A stretch of 64,000 bases of DNA from Vulcanimicrobiota bacterium. GTDB lineage: Bacteria > Vulcanimicrobiota > Vulcanimicrobiia > Vulcanimicrobiales > Vulcanimicrobiaceae. Below the pieces are notes generated by a model. That model made no database searches, was not told the DNA's origin, and was given only the letters and a program-made list of their open reading frames with translations. Location of the stretch: positions 2,752,001 to 2,816,000 of the forward strand of contig OY968762.1 of NCBI GenBank assembly GCA_963695225.1. Direction: 5' to 3'. Both the position numbers and the translations under genes were made by a program. Of the stretch, positions 27,096 through 37,858 are shown in pieces (within the stretch, counting starts at the first letter, position 1; each line of letters starts with the position of its first letter).

Positions 27096-29780
27096 GTGAG
27101 GCGTGACGAAATTGCGCGTATGCTTCCGCTCACTGACCCCGACCCAAACGAAACCGGCGAATGGCTCGATGCGCTCGACGCCGTGCTGGAGAGGGAGGGG
27201 CCGGCCCGCGCCCGTGCCTTGATCGAACGCCTCGTCGAGCGGGCCCAGCAGGGCGGCGCGCTCGTCGAACTCGGCGTTCAAACTCCGTACGTCAACACGA
27301 TCCCGCTAGCGCTGCAGTCGCCGATGCCGGGCAGTTTCGAATTGGAGAAACGCATCCGCCACTACGTGCGCTGGAATGCGATGGCGATGGTGGTCAGGGC
27401 GAACCGGGATTCGTCGGAACTGGGCGGGCACGTTGCCAGTTTCGCGTCCTCCGCGACGCTCTACGACGTCGGCCTCGATCATTTCTTCCACGGCCCCTCC
27501 GCGACGCACGGGGGAGATCTCGTCTTCTTCCAGGGGCATTCCTCGCCGGGCGTCTACGCTCGCGCGTTCCTCGAAGGCCGGATCTCCGAAGAACAACTCG
27601 TCAACTTCCGGCAAGAGGTGGGCGGACGCGGGCTCTCGTCGTATCCGCATTCCTGGCTCATGCCGGATTTCTGGCAGTTCGCCGTCGTCTCGATGGGCCT
27701 CGGCCCGATCCAAGCGATCTACCAGGCGCGCTTCATGAAGTACCTGCACAACCGCGGCATCGCGGACATGACGGGGCGCAAGGTCTGGGCGTTTCTCGGA
27801 GACGGCGAAACGGACGAGCCGGAATCGCTCGGGGCGATTTCGGTGGCGTCGCGCGAGCAACTCGACAACTTGATCTTCGTCGTCAATTGCAACTTGCAAC
27901 GGCTCGACGGTCCCGTGCGCGGCAACGGCAAGATCGTCCAAGAACTCGAGCGCGTCTTCCGCGGCGCGGGCTGGAACGTGATCAAGGTGATCTGGGGGAG
28001 AAACTGGGACCCGCTGCTTGCGAAGGACCGCTCCGGGCGGCTCGTCCAGCTCATGACGGAGTGCGTCGACGGCGATTATCAGACGTTTAAATCGCGAGAC
28101 GGCGCCTACGTGCGCGAGCACTTCTTCGGGCGCTATCCGGAGACCGCCGCGCTCGTCGCGGATTGGACGGACGAGCAGATCTGGGCTTTGCAACGCGGCG
28201 GGCACGATCCCACGAAGGTGTACGCAGCTTACGCCGCCGCCGTCAAGCACGAGGGAGCGCCGAGCGTCGTTCTCGCGAAGACGATCAAAGGCTACGGCAT
28301 GGGTCCCGCGGGCGAAGGGCAGAACATCGCGCACCAGCAGAAGCATCTCGGCACCGTCGACATGCGGACGTTCCGCGACCGGTTCTCGCTGCCGATCTCG
28401 GATGCCGATCTCGAGAAGATCCCGTTCTACCGGCCGCCCGAAGATAGCCCGGAGATGCAATACCTGCGCGAGCGCACGCGCGAACTCGGGACCTTGCCGC
28501 AGCGCCGGCGCCGCTCCTCGGTGACGCTCGCCGTGCCGGAGCTCTCCGCCTTCGCAACGCAACTGCAGAGCACGGGCGAGCGCGAGATCTCGACGACGAT
28601 GGCGTTCGTGCGCCTGCTCAACACGCTCTTGCGCGACAAGGAGATCGGCCCGCGCGTGGTGCCGATCGTCGCCGACGAAGCGCGCACGTTCGGGATGGAA
28701 GGCCTCTTCCGGCAAATAGGCATCTATTCGCCGTACGGCCAGCTCTACGAGCCGCAAGACGCGGAACAGCTGATGTATTACCGCGAGGACAAGACGGGTC
28801 AATTCCTTCAGGAAGGGATCACCGAGGCCGGCGGCATCTCATCCTGGATTGCCGCCGCGACGTCGTACTCGACGCACGATCAGCCGATGATTCCGTTTTT
28901 CATCTTCTACTCGATGTTCGGGTTTCAGCGCGTCGGCGATCTCGCGTGGGCCGCGGGGGACATGCGCAGTCGCGGCTTCCTGATCGGCGGAACGTCGGGC
29001 CGCACGACGCTCAACGGCGAGGGGTTGCAGCACGAAGACGGGCACAGCCAAGTCTTCGCCTCGTTCATCCCCAACTGCGTCTCCTACGATCCGGCATATA
29101 GTTACGAGCTCGCGACGATCGTGCGCGACGGCCTGCGCCGCATGCTGCACGAGCAAGAGGACGTGTACTACTACATCACGGTCATGAACGAGAACTACGC
29201 GCATCCCGCGATGCCCGAAGGGGCGGAAGAGGGCATTCTGCGAGGGATGTACCTGCTCCGCGAAGGTAACGGCGCGGCGGATGCGCCGCGCGTCCAACTC
29301 CTCGGCTCCGGGGCGATCCTGCGGGAAGTCCTCGCCGCGGGCGAGCTGTTGGCGCAGGATTTCGGCGTCGCGGCGGACGTGTGGAGCGTCACGAGCTTCA
29401 ACGAATTGCGTCGCGACGGCATCGCCGTGCAGCGCGAGAACGTGCTGCATCCCGCGGAAGAACGGAAACGCTCGTATGTCGAGCGCGCGCTCGAAGGGCG
29501 GGCGGGGCCCGTCGTCGCTTCGACGGATTACATCCGGGCCTACGCCGATGGGATCCGCCCGTTCCTCGACCGCCGCTATCACGTGCTCGGGACGGACGGT
29601 TTCGGGCGCAGCGATTATCGCCGCAATCTGCGTGCATTCTTCGAAGTCGATCGCTACTGGGTTGCGCTCGCGGCGTTGCGCGCGCTCGCCGACGAAGGTG
29701 CCGTCGCGGAAGCGCTGGTCGCGCAGGCGATCGAGAAGTACGGCATCGACGCGAACAAACCGAATCCCGTGACGGTCTAG
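27096..29780 (+). CDS. aceE: Pyruvate dehydrogenase E1, homodimeric type
   Basis: DPDPNETGEWLDAL, GGHVASFAS, GDGETDEPES..NCNLQRLDGPV, GEGLQHEDG. Start may be 27120. Confidence 0.96.
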   Translation: MRRDEIARMLPLTDPDPNETGEWLDALDAVLEREGPARARALIERLVERAQQGGALVELGVQTPYVNTIPLALQSPMPGSFELEKRIRHYVRWNAMAMVVRANRDSSELGGHVASFASSATLYDVGLDHFFHGPSATHGGDLVFFQGHSSPGVYARAFLEGRISEEQLVNFRQEVGGRGLSSYPHSWLMPDFWQFAVVSMGLGPIQAIYQARFMKYLHNRGIADMTGRKVWAFLGDGETDEPESLGAISVASREQLDNLIFVVNCNLQRLDGPVRGNGKIVQELERVFRGAGWNVIKVIWGRNWDPLLAKDRSGRLVQLMTECVDGDYQTFKSRDGAYVREHFFGRYPETAALVADWTDEQIWALQRGGHDPTKVYAAYAAAVKHEGAPSVVLAKTIKGYGMGPAGEGQNIAHQQKHLGTVDMRTFRDRFSLPISDADLEKIPFYRPPEDSPEMQYLRERTRELGTLPQRRRRSSVTLAVPELSAFATQLQSTGEREISTTMAFVRLLNTLLRDKEIGPRVVPIVADEARTFGMEGLFRQIGIYSPYGQLYEPQDAEQLMYYREDKTGQFLQEGITEAGGISSWIAAATSYSTHDQPMIPFFIFYSMFGFQRVGDLAWAAGDMRSRGFLIGGTSGRTTLNGEGLQHEDGHSQVFASFIPNCVSYDPAYSYELATIVRDGLRRMLHEQEDVYYYITVMNENYAHPAMPEGAEEGILRGMYLLREGNGAADAPRVQLLGSGAILREVLAAGELLAQDFGVAADVWSVTSFNELRRDGIAVQRENVLHPAEERKRSYVERALEGRAGPVVASTDYIRAYADGIRPFLDRRYHVLGTDGFGRSDYRRNLRAFFEVDRYWVALAALRALADEGAVAEALVAQAIEKYGIDANKPNPVTV

Positions 29781-29784
29781 CGCG

Positions 29785-31029
29785 ATGGGCGAGACGATCG
29801 AGATTCGCGTCCCGGACATCGGCGATTTCAAGGACGTCCCCGTCATCGAAGTGCTCGTGCATCCGGGGGACCGCGTCAAGAAAGAAGACCCGCTCATCGC
29901 GCTCGAATCGGAGAAGGCGACGATGGAGGTCCCCTCGCCGAGCGAAGGCGTGATCGGCTCCGTCGCCGTCAAGATCGGCGACAAGGTCTCGCAGGGATCG
30001 TTGATCGTCACGCTCGCCTCCGGGGGCGCGCCCGGAAGCGCGGCGGTACCCGCGCTCGCGCCCGAACCCGCGCCGCCGCGGGCCGAATCCGCACCGGCTG
30101 CGCCGGCCGCGCCGGCGGGTTCGAACGGGCACGTGCATGCGAGCCCGGGGATCCGCCGGCTCGCGCGCGAGTTCGGCGTGGGGCTCGAGCGCGTGCGCGG
30201 CTCCGGGCCGCACGGCCGGATCACGAAGGAAGACGTGCAGGCCTACGTCAAGAGCGCGCTCGCCGGTGCGGCCGTCGTGCCCGGCGGCGGCCCGTTCGCA
30301 GGCATCGCACCCTGGCCGAAGATCGATTTCGCGCAATACGGTCCCATCGAGACGGTCCCGCTCTCGCGCATCAAGCGCATCGCGGGAGCGGCGTTGCATC
30401 GCAATTGGCTGACGATCCCGCACGTGACGAACCACGACGACGCGGACGTCACCGAACTCGAAGCCTTCCGCCTGCAACTGAATGCCGAGAACGCGAAGGC
30501 CGGTCTCAAGGTGACGATGCTCGCGTTCTTGATCAAAGCCGCGGTCGCGGCGCTGCGCAAGTACCCCGATTTCAACGCGTCGCTCGAGGGCGAGAATCTC
30601 GTGCTCAAGCGCTATTACAACGTCGGGTTCGCCGCCGATACGCCGAACGGGCTCGTCGTTCCGGTCGTGAAGAACGCGGATGCGAAGGGGATCTACGAGA
30701 TCGCCGGCGAGACGGCCGGCCTCGCCGAGAAAGCGCGCAACGGGCAGCTCGCTCCGGCGGATATGGCGGGTGGAACGTTCACGATCTCGAGCCTAGGCGG
30801 GATCGGCGGAACGTCTTTCACGCCGATCGTGAATGCCCCCGAGGTCGCGATCCTCGGCGTTTCCCGCGCCGCGATGCGCCCGGTTTGGAATGGTTCGGAA
30901 TTCAAGCCGCGCTTGATCTTGCCGCTTTCGCTTTCGTGGGACCACCGCGTTCTCGACGGCGCAGCCGCCGCACGCTTCAATGCCTGCGTGGCCGCAGTCT
31001 TGGCCGATCTGCGGCGCACGCTGCTATGA
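29785..31029 (+). CDS. aceF: Dihydrolipoamide acetyltransferase E2 (single lipoyl domain)
   Basis: LESEKATMEVPS, HASPGIRRLARE..GSGPHGRI, SWDHRVLDG. Confidence 0.95.
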   Translation: MGETIEIRVPDIGDFKDVPVIEVLVHPGDRVKKEDPLIALESEKATMEVPSPSEGVIGSVAVKIGDKVSQGSLIVTLASGGAPGSAAVPALAPEPAPPRAESAPAAPAAPAGSNGHVHASPGIRRLAREFGVGLERVRGSGPHGRITKEDVQAYVKSALAGAAVVPGGGPFAGIAPWPKIDFAQYGPIETVPLSRIKRIAGAALHRNWLTIPHVTNHDDADVTELEAFRLQLNAENAKAGLKVTMLAFLIKAAVAALRKYPDFNASLEGENLVLKRYYNVGFAADTPNGLVVPVVKNADAKGIYEIAGETAGLAEKARNGQLAPADMAGGTFTISSLGGIGGTSFTPIVNAPEVAILGVSRAAMRPVWNGSEFKPRLILPLSLSWDHRVLDGAAAARFNACVAAVLADLRRTLL

Positions 31030-31031
31030 GG

Positions 31032-32828
31032 CTAGGGGTTCGAGGGCGTCCACGGGTCGCCGGCGAGCGGGAGGTCGGGGCGTAACGCGAAGGCCGCCGC
31101 GCGGGGCGTCCCGTTTCCGAGGACGTAATCGTAATCGTTGCGCGTGGGATACCCGTTGTTCCCAGGCGGATGCCGGTAGACGCGATTTCCGTAGCCGGCC
31201 GCCAACGCATAGATGTACCCGTTCGCGTTTCCGAGGCGCGTGCCGAGCGACTGTTCGGTGACCGCGAGGAGCCCCGCGAACTCCGGCGCCGAGGCGCTCG
31301 TCCCGATCAGTTGATAGAAGTCGCCGCCGATCGCGGTGACGACGGACGTCCGGTCCGGGCCGCACGGCTGGACCGATCCGATCGGGCAGCCGCCCATGTG
31401 CATCGCGATGTCGGGGACCGTTCGCGTCGAGGCGCGCGTGTTGACGAGCTGTTGGTACCACGGCTTGCCGAAGATCCGACTGATCCCGCCGCCCGAGCCC
31501 CAGATCTCGTTCGGCAGCGCGCCTTGCGCGGGATCGAACGTGTCGTAGTAGGCGTTCTCGGAGACGTACGTCGATTTGCGCGACTTCGCGACGGAGGCCG
31601 TCACGAGATTCGTCCCGCCGACCCCGGTCACGTTCGGATCGTCCGCCGGATTCTCGACGCCCTTGACGATGTACGAACTGCTCGGGTCGAGGCAATCGTT
31701 CGCGCCGTTGTCGCCGGAAGACGCGACGAACGTGATGCCTTGCGCGTTCCCTTGCCGGAAGACGTCGTGGAAGCTCGCCAGGATCGACGTGTAGTCGGTC
31801 CCGCCGTTGTACGCCGCCGTGTAGTACAGCTCGCACAAACCGAACGACGAGCTCACGATGTCGGCGCGGTTCTCGTCCACGACCGCTTGATAACCGGCCA
31901 GGATGTTGTCGTCCGAGAGGTCGGGGATGTCGTAGAGCAGCACGTGCGCACCCGGAGCGCTGCCGAGCGACTGTTGAACGTCGAGGCTCGCCTCGTCGGA
32001 AGCTCCGTTGTTCACATCGAACGGCGGCGGCCCGCCGTTGACGGGGCGGCGCTGCACGAGCGGAACGGGCGAGAGTCGTTCGTGCCCGAAGTAATTCGCG
32101 AGATCCGAATCGAGGACGTCGGAGGAGATCACGATCCCGATCGTCCGCCCGGCGCCGTTTAGGGCTAGGTACGAAGGATAGCCGTACGCTTCTTTGAGAT
32201 CGGTGAACCAATACGGGCCGTCGGGGCCGTAGCGGTTGTCCGGAGCGAACGCCGCCTGCGCGACGCGCTTGGAATGCGTATGGTAGACGAAACGCGAGAA
32301 GCTGACCGAGGCGCCGAGCTTCGAGAGCGCGGCCGGGAGCGTCGGCGCGCGATCCGCGTTCAAGAGCGTGCGGTTGCGCGCGCCCGAGGGCTGCAGGCGC
32401 ACGGCGAACGAGCTCTCGACGACCGCCTGCGGGGCGGCGGCGAGGATCGATTGCGACGTAACGTGCGTTTCGTAACCCGCCGCTCGCAGCGTCGCTGCGG
32501 CTGCGTCCAAGTCGGCCGCCGCCGGCGCGTAGCGGTCGCGGAACTGCTGCGGCGTTAGGAAATGCCGGTACATTGGCGAGCGCTCGTCGGCCTGATTCGC
32601 CAGGAGCGCGTCGAGTTCGGCGCTGTTGCGAAGCGGGAGGTGTACCGTCACGAGAATGCCGCGCACTGCCGCCTGCGGCACGCCGCTCGCCGCGTTCGCA
32701 ATTTGAGGCGCACTCGGCAGAACGCTTTGCGGAAGGGCCGCGGGCGCGCTGCGCGAGCCGCCGCCGCACGCGGCCACGAGCGGTGCGACCGCCGCAAGCA
32801 ATAGGAAACGAAGAAGCGGTCGATTCAC
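31032..32828 (-). CDS. S53 sedolisin/kumamolisin-family peptidase, lipoprotein
   Basis: GTG 32828, lipobox LVAAC, pro-domain FLTPQQFRDRYAP, EASLD, SSGDNG, GTSASAP. Confidence 0.9.
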   Translation of the reverse strand: MNRPLLRFLLLAAVAPLVAACGGGSRSAPAALPQSVLPSAPQIANAASGVPQAAVRGILVTVHLPLRNSAELDALLANQADERSPMYRHFLTPQQFRDRYAPAAADLDAAAATLRAAGYETHVTSQSILAAAPQAVVESSFAVRLQPSGARNRTLLNADRAPTLPAALSKLGASVSFSRFVYHTHSKRVAQAAFAPDNRYGPDGPYWFTDLKEAYGYPSYLALNGAGRTIGIVISSDVLDSDLANYFGHERLSPVPLVQRRPVNGGPPPFDVNNGASDEASLDVQQSLGSAPGAHVLLYDIPDLSDDNILAGYQAVVDENRADIVSSSFGLCELYYTAAYNGGTDYTSILASFHDVFRQGNAQGITFVASSGDNGANDCLDPSSSYIVKGVENPADDPNVTGVGGTNLVTASVAKSRKSTYVSENAYYDTFDPAQGALPNEIWGSGGGISRIFGKPWYQQLVNTRASTRTVPDIAMHMGGCPIGSVQPCGPDRTSVVTAIGGDFYQLIGTSASAPEFAGLLAVTEQSLGTRLGNANGYIYALAAGYGNRVYRHPPGNNGYPTRNDYDYVLGNGTPRAAAFALRPDLPLAGDPWTPSNP

Positions 32829-33026
32829 TCGAACCTCCAGGCGTCCGGCGTTCGCGCACCCTACGCTTGCGGAATGCGGACTTCCTACGGGACTTTCGTC
32901 CCGAGGCCGCGAGCGCGATCGCGCGAACGTCGTTTGGACGGCGACGTCCCAATCGTTCGAAGCTTCTCGCGGCGATCGTTGGGCATGCACATAGTATGAT
33001 CCGTGAGCAATCCGGTGGAGGCCGTC

Positions 33027-34205
33027 ATGGTGACCTATCGGTATCTGATCGTCGGCTCGGGGATGGCCGCCGGCGCGGCGATCGACGGCATCCGGCTGCA
33101 CGACGAACGAGGGAGCATCGGGCTCATCGGCGCGGAGGAGTTTCCGCCGTATAACCGGCCGCCGCTCTCGAAGAACTTGTGGAAGGGCGAACCGGAGGAC
33201 ACGATTTGGCGGCCGCTGCCCGATGGGGTCGAAGCGCATTACGGCCGTCACGTCGTTGCGGTCCATCCGGGGGACCGCGAGGTGATCGTCGATCGCGGGG
33301 AGCGCTATGGTTTCGAGACGCTGCTCCTGGCGACGGGTTCCCGCCCCCGGCGGCTTTCGTTCGGTGCGGACGTGATCTACTATCGCACGCTGCGGGACTA
33401 CCGTCGCTTGCGCGAGCTCGCCGCCCGCCCGGGCGCTAGGTTTTGCGTGATCGGCGGCGGCTTCATCGGCTCGGAGATGGCCGCGGCGCTTTCGCTCGCG
33501 GGATGCGCCGTCACGCTGCTCGTGGCGGAGCGGGGGATCGGCGCACGCATCTATCCGGGCGATCTGAGCGCCTACCTCGGGCGCTACTACGAGCATTTCG
33601 GCGTGCACGTCGTGGTCAACGCGCGCGTGGTGGGGATCGACCGCGCCGGCGAGGTTTCGATCGTGCGGCTGGCGGACGGGAAGGCGTTGCAATGCGAGGG
33701 AGTCGTCGCCGGGATCGGCGTCGACCCGGACGTTACGCTGGCGCTCGACGCGGGGCTGCCGGTCGGGGACGGCATCATCGTCGATGAATTCGGCCGGGTG
33801 GGAAGCGGCGGCCCGATTTATGCCGCGGGCGACGTCGCCCGTTTCCCGAACCTCGCGCTCGAGAGGAGCATGCGCGTCGAGCACGAGGATCACGCGCTCA
33901 CGCACGGCTTCGCGGTCGGGGCGAACATGGCGGGGGCGGCCCAGCCGTACCGGCACTTGCCGTTCTTCTATTCCGACATCTTCGATATCGGATACGAAGC
34001 GGTCGGCGTGCTCGACGCCCGTTCGCACGCGATCGCGGATTGGACGGAGCCGTATCGCAACGGCGTCGTGTACTACCTGGACGACGGTCGCGTGCGCGGC
34101 GTGCTCCTGTGGGGGATATTCGGTAAGGTCGATGAGGCGCGAGCGTTGATCGAATCGAAGGCGCGCTTCACCTCGGCGGACTTGATCGGGCGGATTCGCG
34201 GCTGA
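33027..34205 (+). CDS. NAD(P)/FAD-dependent oxidoreductase (ferredoxin reductase-like)
   Basis: IVGSGMAA, PYNRPPLSK, IGGGFIGSE, YAAGDVA, PFFYSD; GGAGG RBS. Confidence 0.9.
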   Translation: MVTYRYLIVGSGMAAGAAIDGIRLHDERGSIGLIGAEEFPPYNRPPLSKNLWKGEPEDTIWRPLPDGVEAHYGRHVVAVHPGDREVIVDRGERYGFETLLLATGSRPRRLSFGADVIYYRTLRDYRRLRELAARPGARFCVIGGGFIGSEMAAALSLAGCAVTLLVAERGIGARIYPGDLSAYLGRYYEHFGVHVVVNARVVGIDRAGEVSIVRLADGKALQCEGVVAGIGVDPDVTLALDAGLPVGDGIIVDEFGRVGSGGPIYAAGDVARFPNLALERSMRVEHEDHALTHGFAVGANMAGAAQPYRHLPFFYSDIFDIGYEAVGVLDARSHAIADWTEPYRNGVVYYLDDGRVRGVLLWGIFGKVDEARALIESKARFTSADLIGRIRG

Positions 34206-34249
34206 CGCCGCTTGGAGCAAACGCGGAACGCGAACGCGAAGGGGCGGGG

Positions 34250-35977
34250 ATGCACCGTACGCCTCGCTCCGGCGGGCGCATCCTGGTCGATGCGCTCGCG
34301 ATTCACGGAGCCGATCTCAGCTTCTGCGTCCCCGGCGAGAGCTTTCTCGCCGTGCTCGATGCGTTCTACGATCGCCGCGAACTTCGGGTCGTAAGCTGCC
34401 GCCAAGAAGGCGGAGCGGCGACGATGGCCGAGGCTTACGGGAAGCTCACCGGGCGGCCCGGCGTGTGCTTTGTGACGCGCGGGCCCGGCGCGACGAACGC
34501 GAGCATCGGCGTGCATACCGCATTCCAAGATTCGACGCCGCTGATATTGTTTATCGGGCAAGTCGATCGCGCGTTCGCCGAGCGCGAGGCGTTCCAGGAG
34601 ATCGACTTCCGCCGGATGTTCGGGCAGATGGCGAAATGGGTCGCTCAGATCGACGATGCGCGCCGCATCCCCGAGATGGTGAGCCGTGCGTTCCATCTCG
34701 CCGTTTCCGGGCGGCCCGGGCCCGTCGTGCTCGCGCTTCCCGAGGACATGCTTGCCGAGCGCGTCGCGGTGGCGGATGCGCCGCCGTACGCGTGCGTGCA
34801 GGCGCATCCGGGTGAAGAGGATCTCGCGCGCCTACGCGCCGCGCTTGCCGAAGCGCGCAGGCCGCTGATGATCCTCGGCGGGAGCGGCTGGACGAACGCG
34901 GCGGTGCTCGACATTCAGGCGTTCGCGGAGCGGATGACGCTCCCGGTCGCGTGCGCGTTCCGGCGGCAGGATCTCTTCGATAACCGGCACCCGCTCTACG
35001 CGGGGGATGCCGGAATCGGGATCGACCCGGCACTCGCGCGGCGGATTCGCGAGGCCGACCTGATCCTCGCGGTCGGCCCGCGGCTCGGGGAGGCGACGAC
35101 GAGCGGGTATGCGTTGCTGGACGTGCCGGTCCCGGCGCAGCGGCTCGTGCACGTCTTCCCCGGCGCGGAGGAACTCGGGCGGGTCTACCGCAGCGACCTG
35201 CCGATCCTCGCGGGGATGCCGCAATTTTCCGCCGCGGCGCGCCTGCTGGAGCCCGTCGATGCCGCGCCGCGGAAGCGTTGGGCGGAAGAAGCGCGGCGAG
35301 AGTTTCTCGAGAACGGGAACGCCGCGCCGAGCCCGGGCGCGCTCGATCTGGTCGCGGCCGTGCGGCGGCTGAACGAGCGGTTGCCGGACGACGCGATCGT
35401 GACGAACGGCGCGGGCAATTTCGCCGGCTGGCTGCATCGGTTCTACCGGTATCGCGGATTCGGGACGCAACTCGGGCCGACGAACGGCGCGATGGGGTAC
35501 GGCCTTCCGGCCGCGATCGCGGCGAAGCTGCTGCATCCGGAGCGCATCGTCGTCGGCGTCTGCGGCGACGGCGATTTCCTGATGACGGGCCAGGAGCTCG
35601 CGACCGCGATGCACGAGCGTGCGAACGTCGTCGTGCTGGTCGTCAACAACGGCATGTACGGAACGATCCGCATGCACCAGGAGCGGCGCTTCCCGGGGCG
35701 CGCCGTCGCGACGGAGCTCGCGAATCCCGACTTTGCGAAGTACGCTGAGGCGTTCGGCGCCTGGGGTGCCGTCGTCGAGCGGACGGCCGATTTCGCGCCC
35801 GCTTTGGACGGCGCGCTCGCCGCGGGCCGCCCCGCGCTGATCGAACTGCGCGTCGACCCCGAGGCGATCTCGTCGCGCGCGACGCTCAGCGGGTTGCGCT
35901 CGGCTTCAGAAGCCGCCAGGCCGGAACTTGAAGATGACGAGCGCCCCGGCGGCGTAGAAGAGCGCGCCCGGGACTAG
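34250..35977 (+). CDS. ThDP-binding protein, acetolactate synthase large subunit-like
   Basis: VPGESFL, RQEGGA, TRGPGATN, GDGDFLM..NNGMYGTIRMHQE. Confidence 0.92.
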   Translation: MHRTPRSGGRILVDALAIHGADLSFCVPGESFLAVLDAFYDRRELRVVSCRQEGGAATMAEAYGKLTGRPGVCFVTRGPGATNASIGVHTAFQDSTPLILFIGQVDRAFAEREAFQEIDFRRMFGQMAKWVAQIDDARRIPEMVSRAFHLAVSGRPGPVVLALPEDMLAERVAVADAPPYACVQAHPGEEDLARLRAALAEARRPLMILGGSGWTNAAVLDIQAFAERMTLPVACAFRRQDLFDNRHPLYAGDAGIGIDPALARRIREADLILAVGPRLGEATTSGYALLDVPVPAQRLVHVFPGAEELGRVYRSDLPILAGMPQFSAAARLLEPVDAAPRKRWAEEARREFLENGNAAPSPGALDLVAAVRRLNERLPDDAIVTNGAGNFAGWLHRFYRYRGFGTQLGPTNGAMGYGLPAAIAAKLLHPERIVVGVCGDGDFLMTGQELATAMHERANVVVLVVNNGMYGTIRMHQERRFPGRAVATELANPDFAKYAEAFGAWGAVVERTADFAPALDGALAAGRPALIELRVDPEAISSRATLSGLRSASEAARPELEDDERPGGVEERARD

Positions 35978-36235
35978 GATGAAGAAGATGACCGGCTTCG
36001 AGCGCGCCCAAACGTAGCGCGTCGCGACGACGATCGCGAAGCCGTAGAGCCCGCCCAAGAGCGCGGCCGCGATGAATCCGAGGGTCCACTCGAGGCCTTG
36101 GGCGAGTGCGTGCCGGCTGAAGTCGACGGAGGACACGTCGAGCACGACCACGAGAGCCCAAATCGCCGCCGCGACGGCAGCGACGGACACCTCCGTCTTG
36201 AAACGGACGGCGAACTTCTGAACCCTGGACATCAT
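35906..36235 (-). CDS. Small 3-TM membrane protein
   Basis: Three hydrophobic segments; convergent overlap with the ThDP gene tail. Confidence 0.55.
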   Translation of the reverse strand: MMSRVQKFAVRFKTEVSVAAVAAAIWALVVVLDVSSVDFSRHALAQGLEWTLGFIAAALLGGLYGFAIVVATRYVWARSKPVIFFILVPGALFYAAGALVIFKFRPGGF

Positions 36236-36397
36236 ATGAGCGGGTATTTCTCTCTACGCCGATTCGGCCTTTCAGCCGGCGCCCTCGCCTGCTTGCCTTA
36301 GGCGCCTCCCGAGCGATGCCTCCTCCCGCATCGGGCGGTTCGGCTGGGCGAGGCACCGGCGGGGTTCGCCGGACGAAACCACTAACGGGGATGCTCC

Positions 36398-37819
36398 ATG
36401 CCGCACAAGAAGATCCCGCCGATTTCGGGCGCAGGGAGCGTTGCACGGCTTGCGGCCTTCACCCGAGCCGAGAGCGAGCGGGTCATCGATCTGATGATGG
36501 GGTTCGCCCACAGCGCGCAGTGCGCCGGTCCGATGCAGCAAGCGATGTTCGAGATCGTCGGGGACGCCGGCTGCCCGACCGAAGACGTCCGCATCGTAAC
36601 GGCGAGCGAAGAGTTCGAGAGCGTCTTCCACACGTGGTTCATGTTCGACCGGCCGATCACCGAAGACGGCCACACGCTCGTCGACGTGTTCTTAGAGGGA
36701 GATTCGTTCGGACTGAGCCGCGGGGAGCGGCGCTTTCTCGAGCGGATGCGCGAGAGCCACCTGCGCCCGTACGAAGTGCGCGAAGTGCGCGGCGATTCGG
36801 GCCTCTTGTTGTGGGATTTGTGGCGCGACGAATCCGTCGAAGTGAACGATCGCGTCGCAAGCTACTATGCGCACGCCGGCGGGACGATCTGTGCCAGGGT
36901 CGTCCACGGTCCGCAGGGCGAGCGCGAAATGCACGGGCTCGTTTCCTTCCCACGTGCGGAGATGGAGGCTTTGCTGAGCCGCCTCAGGCTGATGCACGGC
37001 GCGCTGTCGGAGAAACGGCACGGTCTTTCCGACCGAGAGTTCTTCAAGGCGATGGCTCCCCTGATCCAGCGGAGCTGGCTGGAATCGTTTCGGTCGCCTT
37101 CGCGGAATCGAGGCAGCGACGCGCGCGGCGCGCGAACGCGGGCCGGCGATCGCATCTTGCAGGTGAAGGTCGCGCTGCAGAAAGTGAGGCCGCAGGTTTG
37201 GCGCCGGCTGCTCGTCCCCGAGCGAATGACGCTCGGGACGCTGAGCAAGACGATATTGAAGGCCATGGGCTGGGAGGACTACCACCTGCACGATTTCGAG
37301 ATCGACGGCATCTCGTACGGCGTCCCGGACCCGGAATACCCGGACGACACCCGCAACGAACGCGGCCGGAAACTCTCGGATTTCGATTTCGCCGAGGGAG
37401 CGTCGTTCAAGTACCGCTACGATTTCGGCGACAACTGGTGCCATCGCGTGCTCGTCGAGAAGGTACTCGATCCGCAGCCGGGAGCACAGTATCCGATCTG
37501 CGTCGCCGGCGCGCGCGCATGCCCGCCGGAAGACGTCGGCGGAGCGGGCGGGTACGCGGAGTTCCGCCGCGTGCTTCGCAACCCCAAACACCGGGATCAC
37601 GCGCACTTTCGGGAATGGTCGCGGCGCGACCGCCGCGACTTTGATCCGGAAGCGTTCGACGTCGAAGAGGTCAACGCAAGACTGCGACCCCGCGTATGGA
37701 GCCGAAAAGGGTCGTCTTACCGGCGCCGCCCTCCTGCGACGCAAAGATTTCGAATCCCCGTTCCCACCGGCGGAACCCTGCGCCGCAGTTGCCACATTCT
37801 GCTCAATCCGCTAGACTAG
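36398..37819 (+). CDS. Plasmid pRiA4b ORF3-family protein with extra N-terminal domain
   Basis: C-terminal half VWRRLLVP, MGWEDYHLHDF, YRYDFGDNW, GARACPPEDVGG. Confidence 0.85.
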   Translation: MPHKKIPPISGAGSVARLAAFTRAESERVIDLMMGFAHSAQCAGPMQQAMFEIVGDAGCPTEDVRIVTASEEFESVFHTWFMFDRPITEDGHTLVDVFLEGDSFGLSRGERRFLERMRESHLRPYEVREVRGDSGLLLWDLWRDESVEVNDRVASYYAHAGGTICARVVHGPQGEREMHGLVSFPRAEMEALLSRLRLMHGALSEKRHGLSDREFFKAMAPLIQRSWLESFRSPSRNRGSDARGARTRAGDRILQVKVALQKVRPQVWRRLLVPERMTLGTLSKTILKAMGWEDYHLHDFEIDGISYGVPDPEYPDDTRNERGRKLSDFDFAEGASFKYRYDFGDNWCHRVLVEKVLDPQPGAQYPICVAGARACPPEDVGGAGGYAEFRRVLRNPKHRDHAHFREWSRRDRRDFDPEAFDVEEVNARLRPRVWSRKGSSYRRRPPATQRFRIPVPTGGTLRRSCHILLNPLD

Positions 37820-37854
37820 TCTTATATCTAGACCAACCTCCTCTCCTAGGAGAG
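37811..37854. promoter_or_regulatory. Palindromic operator-like sites upstream of the antitoxin
   Basis: AGACTAGTCT (37813-22), TCTAGA, and CTCTCCTAGGAGAG (37841-54) overlapping the RBS. Confidence 0.45.
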
Positions 37855-37858
37855 CGCA

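Noticed and set aside
33027..34205. Flavoprotein as the missing PDH E3
   Set aside because: No CxxxxC redox disulfide; ferredoxin-reductase-type motifs instead.
37749..37758. TTCGAATCCC as an att duplicate of the tRNA T-arm
   Set aside because: Only 10 nt, flanks do not match, and it lies inside a CDS.
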